DNA of 55,755 nucleotides from Elusimicrobiota bacterium (GCA_016212825.1 JACRDS010000149.1:1-55755), one strand, 5' to 3'. Numbered from the stretch's first letter, positions 38,527 through 48,650 are shown. Notes: generated by a model from the sequence alone, not told the origin. Translations and numbers: made by a program.

Positions 38527-41040
38527 TCAGTAGAGCAGGGCGACCTTGAGCTTCTGGACCTCGGTGCTCCCGGAGTAGCGCTTCTCGATCTTGATGATGT
38601 AGCCCCCGGGCGGGACCCGGGAGCCGGCCGAGTTGTTTCCGTCCCAGGCCACCACCTGGTTGCCGGTGCCGCCCACGTACTGGGAAATCTCGCGCACCAA
38701 AGCGCCGGTCAAGGTGTAGACCCGCAGGACCACGGTGGCCGGCTCGTTGAGGTAGACCCCGATCTGGGTGGGGCCCTGCGCCGGGTCGAAGGGGTTGGGC
38801 CAGTTGTAGGGCTTGGGTATGGCCGCCGATTGGGAAGGGATGAAGACCGGCACGCCGGCGCTCACGCCCGAGAACTCGCTGTAGACCCCGGCGTTGGAGC
38901 GGGCCCGCACGCGCGCGTAGTAGGTCTGGCCCGAGGACAGCGCGGTCACGGCCGAGGCCAGCGTGGCGGTGCCGATGTCGAGCTTGTCGTTGCCTCCGGG
39001 CGTGCTGCCCACGATGAGGTTGTAGTCGAGGATCCCCACGGGGCTGGAGGCCGCGGGCCAGGAGAAGACCACGGCGCCGTCGTAGGAGAAGCGGCGGTCC
39101 GAGGCCGGGGTCCCGGGCGCGGAGGGCTGGCTGGTGTCCGAGAGGTTGCCGGAGCGGGTGGAGACCGAGGCCGTGTAGTCCGTGGGCACGAGGTTGCGGT
39201 TGACGGCCCGGACCTTGAAGAAGTACTGCGTGCCCGGGGTGAGGGAGAAGAAGGTCGCGGAGGTCGCCAGCGTGCTGGAAGCCGCGGTCAAGGAGAAGAA
39301 GTTGTCCGAGGAGACCTGCGCCTCGTAGAGGGTGTCCGGCGGGTTGGCGGCCGCGGACCATTGGAAGGCCGCGCTGGTCACGTAGACCGTGCCGAAGCCG
39401 GCGCCGGCCGGCTGCGCGGCCAAGGTCGCCGTGGCCAGCGCCGCGGCATAAGGCGAGGGCACCTGGTCCGCGTTCACGGCCCGGACCTGGAAGTGATACG
39501 TCGTATTCGGGGTCAGGGCCGCGGGGCTCGAGGACAGGGCCGCCACGTAGCTGGTCAGCAGGCCGGAGGCGAAGCCCGCGTCTAGGGCCCGGTCCACCTG
39601 GTAGACCGTGTAGGAGGGATTCTGCGGGTTGCCCGCGGTCCAGTTAAGGGTGAGGGAGGCGGCGGCCATTCCTGTGAATGCCGCTGCCGCCGCTGCCGGG
39701 ACATTGGCCAAGGTGTGGGTGGAGACCGCGTTGGAGGGAGCGCTGTCGCCCCAGTCCGTGAAGGCGGTCACAAAGCGGTAGTAGGTGGTGTTCGGCGTCA
39801 GGTTGATGACCGTGGTGCCGGCGAGCAGGGGCGCGGACTCGGGGCCGGGGTAGGGGGCGGTGACCGTGGCCGGGAAGACGCGGTAGTAGGAGGTGGTGGG
39901 ACCGTCGCCGAAGTCCGCGGCCGGGGTCCAGACCCAGCTGATGGAGGTGACGTGCACGGCCGAGGCCGCGAATCCTGCAGGGGCGGCGGCCACGACGCCG
40001 AAGGAGGACCTGCCCACCGAGCCGGCCTGCGAGGCGCCGCCCGCGTCCATGGCGCCGGAGATGGCCCGGCCCGCGGTGCCTCCGGCCGTGGAGAGGATCG
40101 CGGCGAAAAGGTCGCTGGTCCGGTAGAAGACCTTGATCCTGCCGCCGGCCCCGCCGCCTCCGGGGTCCAGGGTCCCGCCGAGTGTGGCCACGGCATCGCC
40201 GCCCGGGCCGCCGTTGGCCGAGACCGCGGAGCCCGGATGCAGGCCGAGCTGTCCGGTCACGCGCAGCAAGACGGTGCCGCCTCCTCCCCCGCCGCCCGCG
40301 GCCGGATGCACCCCCACGGCGGTGTCGGTCACGGCCGAGGCCGTGGAGCCGGCCACCAGGATGGAGCCGGTGACCGTCATGGAGGCCGCCTCTATGTAGA
40401 CGCTGGCCCCGCCCGTGCCGCCGCTGCCGCCGGTCAGAGCGGCGCCTCCTCCTCCTCCTCCCCCGCCCGAGCCCATGAAGGCGTCGTCCGCGCTCAGGGG
40501 GACGGTGATCGTCCCGGTGGAGCCGTAGCCCGCGCCGCCCGCTCCGCCCCCGACTCCGGCGCCCGTCCCGCCCGCGGCCGCCGCGCCTGCGCCTCCGCCG
40601 CCCTTGGCCGCGGCGCCTCCGGAGCCACCGCCCGCGCCGGCCGGGTCCCCGTCGAAGCCTGAGAGCCCCGCAGTGCCGGCCGGGCCGCCGTTGCCGCCGG
40701 ACTGGCCGCGGCCCGAGCCGTCCAAGGTCCCCCGGATGGAGGCGGTCGCGGCGTAGACCGCCAGAGGGGCCCCTGGCGCCACGTAAGCCGTGACCCCGGC
40801 CCCGATCGAGAAGAGGCGCACGTTCGTGAAGGTGCCGGAGAGGGTGTCGCCGTTGGCCGGGGTAAGGTCCGCGTCCGCGTAGTCGCCGCCGGGGATCGTC
40901 GCCGCCTGGAGGCGGGCGGCCAGGAGCAGCAAGAGGATGGCTCCCCCAACGGAACCAGCGCCCCCCTCAAGGGGGGCGCTGGTTGCGCGGCGCCGAAGGC
41001 GCCGCGCCATTCTTACAGCAAGCCTCATGCCGTTGTTCAC
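38527..41040 (-). CDS. Exported Gly-rich / fibronectin type III protein with FlgD/T9SS-CTD-like C-terminus
   Basis: Poly-Gly segments; LTPNTTY.F.V.A.N FN3 repeats; NWPNPFDP...VYTLTGALV...WDG.N..G...PGGY tail; exact start uncertain. Confidence 0.85.
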   Translation of the reverse strand: MNNGMRLAVRMARRLRRRATSAPLEGGAGSVGGAILLLLLAARLQAATIPGGDYADADLTPANGDTLSGTFTNVRLFSIGAGVTAYVAPGAPLAVYAATASIRGTLDGSGRGQSGGNGGPAGTAGLSGFDGDPAGAGGGSGGAAAKGGGGAGAAAAGGTGAGVGGGAGGAGYGSTGTITVPLSADDAFMGSGGGGGGGGAALTGGSGGTGGASVYIEAASMTVTGSILVAGSTASAVTDTAVGVHPAAGGGGGGGTVLLRVTGQLGLHPGSAVSANGGPGGDAVATLGGTLDPGGGGAGGRIKVFYRTSDLFAAILSTAGGTAGRAISGAMDAGGASQAGSVGRSSFGVVAAAPAGFAASAVHVTSISWVWTPAADFGDGPTTSYYRVFPATVTAPYPGPESAPLLAGTTVINLTPNTTYYRFVTAFTDWGDSAPSNAVSTHTLANVPAAAAAAFTGMAAASLTLNWTAGNPQNPSYTVYQVDRALDAGFASGLLTSYVAALSSSPAALTPNTTYHFQVRAVNADQVPSPYAAALATATLAAQPAGAGFGTVYVTSAAFQWSAAANPPDTLYEAQVSSDNFFSLTAASSTLATSATFFSLTPGTQYFFKVRAVNRNLVPTDYTASVSTRSGNLSDTSQPSAPGTPASDRRFSYDGAVVFSWPAASSPVGILDYNLIVGSTPGGNDKLDIGTATLASAVTALSSGQTYYARVRARSNAGVYSEFSGVSAGVPVFIPSQSAAIPKPYNWPNPFDPAQGPTQIGVYLNEPATVVLRVYTLTGALVREISQYVGGTGNQVVAWDGNNSAGSRVPPGGYIIKIEKRYSGSTEVQKLKVALLY

Positions 41041-42887
41041 GGGGCAAACCTCTGCGCCGCCTCAATCTTATCTTTTAGCACCCGGCCCGCGTCATAGGAC
41101 GGGTCGCGTTCCAGGACCTCGGCCGCGAGCTTGGACGCGGCCGCGTAGTCGCCGCGCAGGTACTGTTCCACGGCCCGGTAGTAGAGCTGCTCGATGCGCT
41201 TGCGCTCCTCCGGGCCCACGGCCTTGCGCAGTTGGCCGCGCAGCACGACCGCCCTCTCGGAGAGCTTGAGGTCCCCCGGCTCCTCGCGCAGGGCCGCCTC
41301 CACGGCCTTGAGCGCGCCCGCGAAGTCGCCGGCGCCGGAGAGGCGTTCGACCTCCGCGGCCTGGCGCGCCGTGAACTCGGAGATCTCCAGGCGCACCTTG
41401 GCCAGGAAGGCCAGGACGGCCCCGTCGCCGGGGAAGCGCTGCGAGGCCTTCTCCGCCTCCAGACGCGCGGCGCGCAGGCTGCCGCGCTCCCGGTAGCTCT
41501 GGGCCACGGCCATGGCCTGGCGCGACTCCGCGTCGGACTGGGCGCGGCGCAGGTCGTCGAGGCGCGCGCGTTCGTCCCGAGAGAGGACCTGGTCGATGCG
41601 GGCCAGGGCGGCCGCGGCCTCGGCGTTGGCGGCGTCGATCTCGAGCACGGTCTTCCAGTACTGCCGGCTGGCCAGGAAGTTGCCCTGCTCGAACTGGGCC
41701 CGGGCCTGGCCCGCGGTGCGCTGCACCATCTGGCGGCGCAAGGTCTCATCCCAGCGCGAGGAGACCTCGTCGATGCGCTTGCGGATCGAGGCGTTCTCCG
41801 GGTCGAGCAGGGCCGCGGCCTCGAAGTCGCGCAGGGCGTCGGCGACGCGCTCCTCCCTGACCTCGGCTTCGGCCTTCTCGATGTAGGCCCGGGCCAGACG
41901 CACGCCCTCGGCGCGGGTCAGCTCGCTGATGCCCTTGCGGATGGTCTCCTCGATCTCCTCACGCGTGCGGCCGAAGCGCTGGGTGAAGGTCACCAGGTGG
42001 CTCACTCCCAGGTCGCGGACCCGGGCCGTGTAGTCGAACTGCGTGTTGCCCAGGCGCAGGCCGGCCCCGGTGGCGAAGCCGCCGCCGTCGGCGCCCAGGC
42101 GCAGGGCCGCGAGCCTGCCCCGCTGGAACTCGACGCCGCCCGACGGGCTGAGGCCGTCGCCCGCGACCTGGCGCAGGCGCAGGGTGGTCAGGACCGCCCA
42201 GCCGCCCGCGGCGCGCCAGAGGTAGGACGGCGCCAGGTCCACGACCCGCGGGTAGCTCACGGGCTCGGAGATGTAGGTGAGCTTGGGGGCCACGAGGTTG
42301 TGCACGGCCAGGGCCACGGACCACTCCTGCCGGGGCTTGAAGTTCAGGCCGATGTCCAGGCCGGTGCCCGAGGCCGAGGCCTGGTCTATCGACTCCTTGA
42401 CATGGACCAGGGTGAGGCCGGTCTCCAGGGGCTTGGGGTCCGTGACCCAGGAGGGACGCAGGGAGGCGGGGACCTCCCAGGAGCGTCCCCAGCCCGCGAG
42501 CAGGGCGCTCTGCCCGATGCTGAAGGTGGTGGGGTTGTCGTTGGGCGTGCTGCGCCGCTCGAAGCCGCCGCTGGACTGCATGAGGTAGCCGGCCGCTACC
42601 GTGCCCCAGCGCTTGAGCGGCGCCGCGCCAGCGGCGAAGTCCAGGGAGGTGTCCTCGAAGAGCACGACGTGCGTGGCCTGGATCTCGGGCTTGCTCAGGC
42701 GGGCCAGCCCGGCCGGGTTCCAGAGCAGGGCGCTGGAGTCGTCGGCGACCGCGGTGCCGGCGCCGCCCAGGGCCGAGCCCCGCGCCGCGGCGTCCTGGCG
42801 CAGAAAGGCGCCCGCCTCGGAATTGGCGGAGGCGGCGCAGACTCCTGCGGCTAGAAAAATCTCGAGAAGGACTATAATTGACCCCAC
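41037..42887 (-). CDS. PorV/PorQ-like beta-barrel fused to TPR repeats
   Basis: GTG at 42887; ARGSALGGA..A.ADD.SAL.WNPAGLA; barrel followed by TPR helices. Confidence 0.82.
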   Translation of the reverse strand: MGSIIVLLEIFLAAGVCAASANSEAGAFLRQDAAARGSALGGAGTAVADDSSALLWNPAGLARLSKPEIQATHVVLFEDTSLDFAAGAAPLKRWGTVAAGYLMQSSGGFERRSTPNDNPTTFSIGQSALLAGWGRSWEVPASLRPSWVTDPKPLETGLTLVHVKESIDQASASGTGLDIGLNFKPRQEWSVALAVHNLVAPKLTYISEPVSYPRVVDLAPSYLWRAAGGWAVLTTLRLRQVAGDGLSPSGGVEFQRGRLAALRLGADGGGFATGAGLRLGNTQFDYTARVRDLGVSHLVTFTQRFGRTREEIEETIRKGISELTRAEGVRLARAYIEKAEAEVREERVADALRDFEAAALLDPENASIRKRIDEVSSRWDETLRRQMVQRTAGQARAQFEQGNFLASRQYWKTVLEIDAANAEAAAALARIDQVLSRDERARLDDLRRAQSDAESRQAMAVAQSYRERGSLRAARLEAEKASQRFPGDGAVLAFLAKVRLEISEFTARQAAEVERLSGAGDFAGALKAVEAALREEPGDLKLSERAVVLRGQLRKAVGPEERKRIEQLYYRAVEQYLRGDYAAASKLAAEVLERDPSYDAGRVLKDKIEAAQRFAP

Positions 42888-42890
42888 TGA

Positions 42891-42919
42891 GTTATAACAG
42901 GGGAGGAACGACTTGTCAA
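42891..42919 (-). promoter_or_regulatory. sigma70 promoter of the PorV-TPR / FN3 / kinase operon
   Basis: TTGACA-N17-TATAAC. Confidence 0.7.
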
Positions 42920-42947
42920 GAATCGTGATATATAATAGATTTAACCG

Positions 42948-43625
42948 ATGCCGCGCTTGCTCATAGTCGAGGATGACGGAGACCTCCAGCAGGTCCTGAG
43001 CTTCGCCTTCAACCGCGAGGGCTTCGAGACCCATTACGCCTTCAACGGCCAGGAAGGCTACAACAAGATCCTGGCCCTGCAGCCGGACCTGGTCCTGCTC
43101 GACCTCATGCTGCCCATCTTGAGCGGCGTGGACGTCATCAAGAAGGTGACCTCCAACACCTCCATCCGCGACATCCCCATCGTGGTCATGACCGCGCACA
43201 GCGACAAGGCGGATATGCTCGAACAGTCCATCCGCGCCCACGGCGTGCGCGAGTACGTGCGCAAGCCCTTCGAGATCAAGTCCCTCATCGGCCTGGTCAA
43301 GCGCCTCATCGCCCAGTACCCGCGCACCCCCGCTCCTCCGTCGGAGGTGGCCAAGGGCGAGGTGCGGCTCGACACGCGCTTCCGCACGGTCTGGATCTCC
43401 GGACAGACCGTGGCCACGCTCGCCCCCACCCGGGCCGAGGTGCTCAAGATGCTCATCGAGGCCAAGGGTGCGGTCAAGCGGGAGAAGATCATGGCCGCGG
43501 TCTGGGGTGCGGGCGACCATGTCGCCGCCCTGGAGAAGACCGTGCAGAGGCTGCGCGAGGACCTCGGTCCCGAGGGCGGAAAGCGCATCCAGACCACGGA
43601 CGACGGCTACGAGCTCGTCGGCTGA
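42948..43625 (+). CDS. OmpR/PhoB-family response regulator
   Basis: VEDD, LLDLMLP, MTA and KPF motifs; winged-helix tail RLREDL...IQT...GY. Confidence 0.92.
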   Translation: MPRLLIVEDDGDLQQVLSFAFNREGFETHYAFNGQEGYNKILALQPDLVLLDLMLPILSGVDVIKKVTSNTSIRDIPIVVMTAHSDKADMLEQSIRAHGVREYVRKPFEIKSLIGLVKRLIAQYPRTPAPPSEVAKGEVRLDTRFRTVWISGQTVATLAPTRAEVLKMLIEAKGAVKREKIMAAVWGAGDHVAALEKTVQRLREDLGPEGGKRIQTTDDGYELVG

Positions 43626-43724
43626 CCGCTGCTGACTTCTCCTGACGTGCCTTCCCTGGATTTTGCCGACCTGTCTGTTACTCTTGTAATAACCGCCCCC
43701 CACCCCCTCTGAGGAGCGGCGCTT

Positions 43725-46700
43725 ATGAAAGGCCGGGTTCATAGCGTCGCAGTCTTGATTTCCTGGGTCCTCGCCTGCGGGGGCCTGTCCTGGGGCGCCG
43801 GCTTCACCTCCCTCAACCCCCTGCCGGAGGCTTTCTCCGGCCATTCCTTGGTGAGCGTCTCCGGCTATCTCTGCAACATCGGCGGCTTGAGCGGCACCAA
43901 CGGAGCCCTCTCCGGGAACAAGGTCTTCTGCGCCCAGGCGCGGCCGGACGGCACGGTGGGCGACTGGGTCCAGCGGACCTCCTTGCCCGAGCCGGTGTTC
44001 TTCCACTCCGCCTTGTCCGCGGGCAGCCGCATCTACGTCCTGGGCGGCTATCATTACAACGAGGCCGCGGGGCTGTTCGTCTCCAGCACCGTCTATTACG
44101 CCGAGGTGGCCGCGGACGGGACCGTCTCCCCCTGGGCCTCGGCCGCGCCCCTGCCCGAGCCGGCCTTCTTCATGGGCGCCGCGGTCTGGGACGGGACCAT
44201 CTACGTGACCGGAGGCTGGGACGCCCAGTGGCTGCTCAGCTCGGCCTATTCCGCGGACATCCGGCCCGACGGCTCCTTGGCGCCGTGGCAGACCCGGCGC
44301 TCCTTGCCCCAGGGCGTCTACACCCACGCCGCGGTCTCCAACGGCACCCTCTATCTTCTGGGCGGGGCGGTGGAGAACGGCACTTTAATCCACAACTTGG
44401 TCTATCACGCGCGCATCAACGCTGACAAGTCCTTAGGGGAATGGGGCACCACCTCCCCCCTGCCCCAGCCCCTGAGCAACCATGCCGCGGTCACGGCCGG
44501 AGGACGGATCATCGTGGCCGGCGGCTGGACCGGTCCCTACGCCACCGACGCGGTCGTGGCGGCCGACATCCAGCCGGACCAGACCCTCGGCGGCTGGGCT
44601 GGCCTGCCCAGCCTGCCCCAGCCGCTCTACATGCATGGCGGCGCGGTGGCCGGGGACTACCTCTACGTCAGCGGCGGCATGAACATGCTGTCCCAGACCC
44701 CGGTGCAGGCCACGGTGTACTCCGCGCCCCTGCCCGCGCCCCTGCCGCCGCCCGCGCCCGACGACACGCAGGCGCCGCGCACCGCCTTGGCCGTGGCCGA
44801 GCCGAAGTTCTCCAGCGCGCCCGTGTTCATCACCCCGCAGAGCCTTCTGAGCCTCTCCGCCACGGACGAGGGCGGCTCCGGCGTGTCCGCCACCCTCTCG
44901 GCCGTGGACGACGGCGCCTTCGCGCCCTACGGCTCGCCGCTGGCGATCCCCGCCGAAGGCGCCCACTGGCTGAGGTACTACAGCGTGGACGCGGCCGGCA
45001 ACCAGGAGGCGGTCAACAGCGCGGCCCTGGCCGTGGACGCCACCCCGCCGGTCTCGGACCTGAGCGTGGGCTCCCCCCAGGCGGTGCTGGACTCGGGCGA
45101 GGTGGTGGTGGGCGCGCAGACTTTGCTGGGCGTCTCGGCCGAAGACCCGGTCTCCGCGGGCGTGGCTTCCGGATTGTCGCAGGTCCTCGCGGGCGTGGAC
45201 GGGGCGGCGCCGGCGCCCGTGGACGGGCTCTTCGCCCTGCCGCAGACCGACGGGGCCCACGTGGTCTCTTATCAGGCCGTGGACAACCTGGGCAGCAAGG
45301 AGCCTCTCAACAGCAAGACCGTGTTCCTGGACCGCACTCCTCCCGCCACCGCGCTGAGCATCAGCCCCGCGCCCTACCAGCCGGCCGGCGGGACCCCGGT
45401 GCTCGGCGGCGGCAGCCAGCTCTCCTTCGCGGCCCAGGATCCGGAGGCCGGAGGAGTGGCCGCCGGCGTCAACCGCACGGAGTTCGCCCTGGATGACGCC
45501 GCCGCGCCTCTGGGCTCCGGCGAACTGGTCCTGGCCGAGGGCCAGCACACGCTCTATTACCGCAGCGTGGACAACGTGGGCAACAGCGAGGCGGTCCGCT
45601 CCGCGTCTCTGCGCGTGGATGCCACCGCGCCGGTCTCCTCTCTGGACATCGCGGACTCGGGCGTCAGCCTGTTCGGCATCGAGTTGCTGACCCCCCAGAC
45701 GGATATCGTCATCTCCGCCGAGGACCCGGTCTCCGGCGGCGTGCAGTCCGGCGTGGCGCGCACCCTCTACTCCGTGGACTCCGGAGCCGAGCAGGCCTAC
45801 TCCGCCGCCTTCCGGCTCCCGGCCGGGGCCCACACCGTGGCGTTCCGGAGCGTGGACAACGCAGGCAACGCCGAGGCCGCCAACAGCGTCGCTCTCTCCA
45901 TCGGCTCCTTCCTGACCGATTCGGTGGCGGCGCTCGACTCTGTGACTCTGGCGGGCGGCGCCGGCGTGACCGGCACGGTGCGCGCCAACGGCGATTTCAC
46001 GGCTTCGGGGCAGTCCTCGGTCAAAGGCGACGTGACCGCCATGACCGTGAAGCTCAACGGCAAGAGCACGATCAGCGGCACGGTGAGCCAGGGGCAGGCC
46101 ACCGTCTCGGCGGCCATGGACATCGCCGCGGCGCGGTCCTGGACGCAGGCGAACAACGACAACGCCTCGGTCGCGTCCCGCCGCCTTTCGGGAGGCGTCC
46201 TGGTGGTCGACGCCTTCGACAACCTGACGCTGGCCGCCGGAACCTACTACTTCAAGGGCCTGACGGTCAGGGACTTGGGGCGGCTCTCCGTGGACGGGCA
46301 GGCGGCGCTGTTCATCGACGGCCCCGTGACGGTGACCGGCCTGGGCCGCATCAACGAGACGGGCCGGGCGGACGACCTGTGGGTGTTCTGCGCCGGGGAT
46401 TCCGTGCAGGTGGCCGGCGCGGCCCGTGCCGCCTTCAACCTTTACGCGCCCGCGGCCGACGTTTCCTTGAGCGGGCTCGGGCAGTTGGCCGGACGCATGC
46501 TCGGCCGCTCGGTGTCGCTCACGGGGATGGCCAAGGACCCGTCGCCGGACGCCCTGCCCAGGCACTGGCACAAGGGCCGGCTGCTGGCCGGCGCCTGGAA
46601 GCCGAGCCTCAAGGCGCAGTCCGGGCCTGCTGATGCGCGCGCCGAAGGACGCAGCCGGGCCGTGATCTCGGTCCGGCTCGAGCCGCGGGTCCCGTCCCTG

Positions 46701-47552
46701 TCCGCGATCCTGCACGGAGCCAGCTCCGCGCAGGCTCCGGTCCCCTCCAACGCTCCCCCGCGCGCGGGCAAGGGCGGCCTGCCCGTCTTCGCGCCGGCGG
46801 CCGCGCCCCTGCGCCTGCCGCCCCTTCCGGTCAGCGCGCACGCGGCCCTGGCCCAGGTGGCCGCGGCGCACGGTCAGGCCGTGCGCGCGGCCGACGGCTC
46901 GGGAGTGGTGGTTCCGGCCGGGGCCCTGCTCGCGGGGCTGGCCGTGAGCGTGGCGCGCGAGACCAAGGCCGAGGCCGCGGAACTGCTGCGCCGGGAGTCC
47001 GGCATGGCGCGCCGCGACCTCGCCGCCGCCGGTCCGGCCGTGCAGTTCGGTCCCGAGGGGACGCGCTTCGTCAAGCCGGTCACCCTCTCGCTGCCCTTCG
47101 ACCGGACCCTATTCGCCGACGCCACGGCCCAGGCCTCTTTGGCCGTGCACTACTGGAACCCCGGCCGGGGCGACTGGGAGGCCCTGCCCTCGGTCGTTGA
47201 CGCGGCCGCGGGCCTGGTCCGGGCCCAGACCGAGCACTTCTCTCTCTACCAGGTCCTTTCCGGCGCGGGACCGGCCGCTGCGGGAGCGGCCGTGGGCTCG
47301 GCCCGCGTGGCCTGCAACCCCCTGCGGCCCGGCTGCAGCCCGCTCAAGATAGGGAATCTGCCCGCGGACGCCCGCGTGCGCATCTACACACTCTCCGGGA
47401 CCCTGGTGAAAGACCTGGGAGCCGACGCCAACGGCGAGGCCTCCTGGGACGGGACGAACATGAGCGGGGCGCCGTCCTCCAGCGGGGTGTACTTCGCGTT
47501 CGCGCAGGGCGCCGGGGGCAGCAAGACCATCAAGGTCGCGGTGGAGAGATGA
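43725..47552 (+). CDS. Large exported Kelch / Ig-like repeat protein with FlgD/T9SS-CTD-like C-terminus
   Basis: Signal peptide; six Y..GG...W....LP Kelch blades; four D.T[AP]P..L...Y.SVD..GN.E repeats; ZU5-like GPEG..F...HFSLY; NPLRP...IYTLSG.LV...WDG.N..G...SGVY. Confidence 0.88.
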   Translation: MKGRVHSVAVLISWVLACGGLSWGAGFTSLNPLPEAFSGHSLVSVSGYLCNIGGLSGTNGALSGNKVFCAQARPDGTVGDWVQRTSLPEPVFFHSALSAGSRIYVLGGYHYNEAAGLFVSSTVYYAEVAADGTVSPWASAAPLPEPAFFMGAAVWDGTIYVTGGWDAQWLLSSAYSADIRPDGSLAPWQTRRSLPQGVYTHAAVSNGTLYLLGGAVENGTLIHNLVYHARINADKSLGEWGTTSPLPQPLSNHAAVTAGGRIIVAGGWTGPYATDAVVAADIQPDQTLGGWAGLPSLPQPLYMHGGAVAGDYLYVSGGMNMLSQTPVQATVYSAPLPAPLPPPAPDDTQAPRTALAVAEPKFSSAPVFITPQSLLSLSATDEGGSGVSATLSAVDDGAFAPYGSPLAIPAEGAHWLRYYSVDAAGNQEAVNSAALAVDATPPVSDLSVGSPQAVLDSGEVVVGAQTLLGVSAEDPVSAGVASGLSQVLAGVDGAAPAPVDGLFALPQTDGAHVVSYQAVDNLGSKEPLNSKTVFLDRTPPATALSISPAPYQPAGGTPVLGGGSQLSFAAQDPEAGGVAAGVNRTEFALDDAAAPLGSGELVLAEGQHTLYYRSVDNVGNSEAVRSASLRVDATAPVSSLDIADSGVSLFGIELLTPQTDIVISAEDPVSGGVQSGVARTLYSVDSGAEQAYSAAFRLPAGAHTVAFRSVDNAGNAEAANSVALSIGSFLTDSVAALDSVTLAGGAGVTGTVRANGDFTASGQSSVKGDVTAMTVKLNGKSTISGTVSQGQATVSAAMDIAAARSWTQANNDNASVASRRLSGGVLVVDAFDNLTLAAGTYYFKGLTVRDLGRLSVDGQAALFIDGPVTVTGLGRINETGRADDLWVFCAGDSVQVAGAARAAFNLYAPAADVSLSGLGQLAGRMLGRSVSLTGMAKDPSPDALPRHWHKGRLLAGAWKPSLKAQSGPADARAEGRSRAVISVRLEPRVPSLSAILHGASSAQAPVPSNAPPRAGKGGLPVFAPAAAPLRLPPLPVSAHAALAQVAAAHGQAVRAADGSGVVVPAGALLAGLAVSVARETKAEAAELLRRESGMARRDLAAAGPAVQFGPEGTRFVKPVTLSLPFDRTLFADATAQASLAVHYWNPGRGDWEALPSVVDAAAGLVRAQTEHFSLYQVLSGAGPAAAGAAVGSARVACNPLRPGCSPLKIGNLPADARVRIYTLSGTLVKDLGADANGEASWDGTNMSGAPSSSGVYFAFAQGAGGSKTIKVAVER

Positions 47553-48478
47553 GAAAGCTCCTGACGACGGCGATGCTGCTTCTGAGCGGGAGCCTGTCCG
47601 CGGCCGGCTTCTCGTCGTCGGCCCGGGGCACGACCGCGGGCGGCTTCCTGGAGCTCGGCGTGGGCGGCCGCGCCATGGGCATGGGCGGGGCCTACACCGC
47701 GGCGGCCGACGACGCCACGGTCCTGTACTGGAACCCGGCGGGGCTGACGGGCGTGGAGCGCCGGGCCGCCTCCTTCATGCACGCATCCCACCTGCAGGGC
47801 AGCTTCTACGACTATGCGGCCTACGCCCAGAAGCTGGGCGACAAGGGGACCGCGGCCGCGAGCTTCCAGTACTTCGATTTCGGCTCGCTGACGCAGACGG
47901 ACGCCAACTACAATGCCTTGGGTTCCTTCCATCCCAACGACCTGGCCCTGACCGCGGGCTACGCGCGCAAGATCGCGGCCCTGGACGGCGTCTCGGCCGG
48001 CGCCTCGGTCAAATACATCCGCTCGGTCATCACCCAGACGGCGCAGACCGCGGCCGTGGACCTGGGCCTGACCAGCCGCGACTACCTGGACCGCCGCCTG
48101 CGCGTGGCCGCGGCCGTGCTCAACATGGGCGGGACGCTCAAGTTCCGGGACACGGCCGAGAACCTGCCCCTGACCTTCAAGGCCGGCGGGCTCTTCCGGA
48201 TCACGCCGCGCTGGGCGACGACCCTGGACCTGGCCTCGCCTCGCGACGACGACCCCTACGCCGCCTTCGGGACCGAGTACGTCCTGCCGGTCTCGGGAGG
48301 CTGGGAATTCGCGGGCCGCATGGGCTACAACTCCCAGACCCTGGGCGACGTCACGGGCGTCAGCGGGCTGTCCATGGGCGTGGGCGTGGGCTCGCGCGGG
48401 CTGTCCTTCGATTACGCTTTCACTCCTTACGGCGGGGTCGGCATCTCGAACCGCTTCTCGGTCTCCGCGAAATTCTGA
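47549..48478 (+). CDS. PorV/PorQ-family (UPF0164-like) outer-membrane barrel
   Basis: FLELGVGGRAMGMGGAYTA.ADD....YWNPAGL; C-terminal DYAF...RFSVSAKF; ATGA-coupled to the cargo gene. Confidence 0.88.
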   Translation: MRKLLTTAMLLLSGSLSAAGFSSSARGTTAGGFLELGVGGRAMGMGGAYTAAADDATVLYWNPAGLTGVERRAASFMHASHLQGSFYDYAAYAQKLGDKGTAAASFQYFDFGSLTQTDANYNALGSFHPNDLALTAGYARKIAALDGVSAGASVKYIRSVITQTAQTAAVDLGLTSRDYLDRRLRVAAAVLNMGGTLKFRDTAENLPLTFKAGGLFRITPRWATTLDLASPRDDDPYAAFGTEYVLPVSGGWEFAGRMGYNSQTLGDVTGVSGLSMGVGVGSRGLSFDYAFTPYGGVGISNRFSVSAKF

Positions 48479-48485
48479 AGACGGC

Positions 48486-48650
48486 ATGGGGGCGGTGGTG
48501 ACGGAACCCGAGGATCCGCAGGATAAGGCCTACCTCATCAGCTTCGGGGAATGCTCCATCGTGCGCTGCCGGGGCAAGGGGCGCAAGGGCAAGAAGCCGG
48601 CGGACGACAGTCAGCCCCCGGAGCCGGACGGACCGCCGAACCAGGGATAG
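48486..48650 (+). CDS. Possible 54-aa small protein
   Basis: MGAVVTEPEDPQDKAYLISFGECSIVRCRGKGRKGKKPADD...; high GC3; 3' end overlaps the convergent gene by 40 bp. Confidence 0.3.
   Translation: MGAVVTEPEDPQDKAYLISFGECSIVRCRGKGRKGKKPADDSQPPEPDGPPNQG

Noticed and set aside
40100-40720. Gly-rich low-complexity DNA as a repeat element or PE-PGRS gene
   Set aside because: It is an in-frame Gly-rich domain of the FN3/CTD protein with no PE domain
41037-44327. 1096-aa ORF suggesting a giant PorV fusion
   Set aside because: The first ~480 codons are antisense to the regulator and Kelch genes; a promoter and GTG at 42887 define the real start
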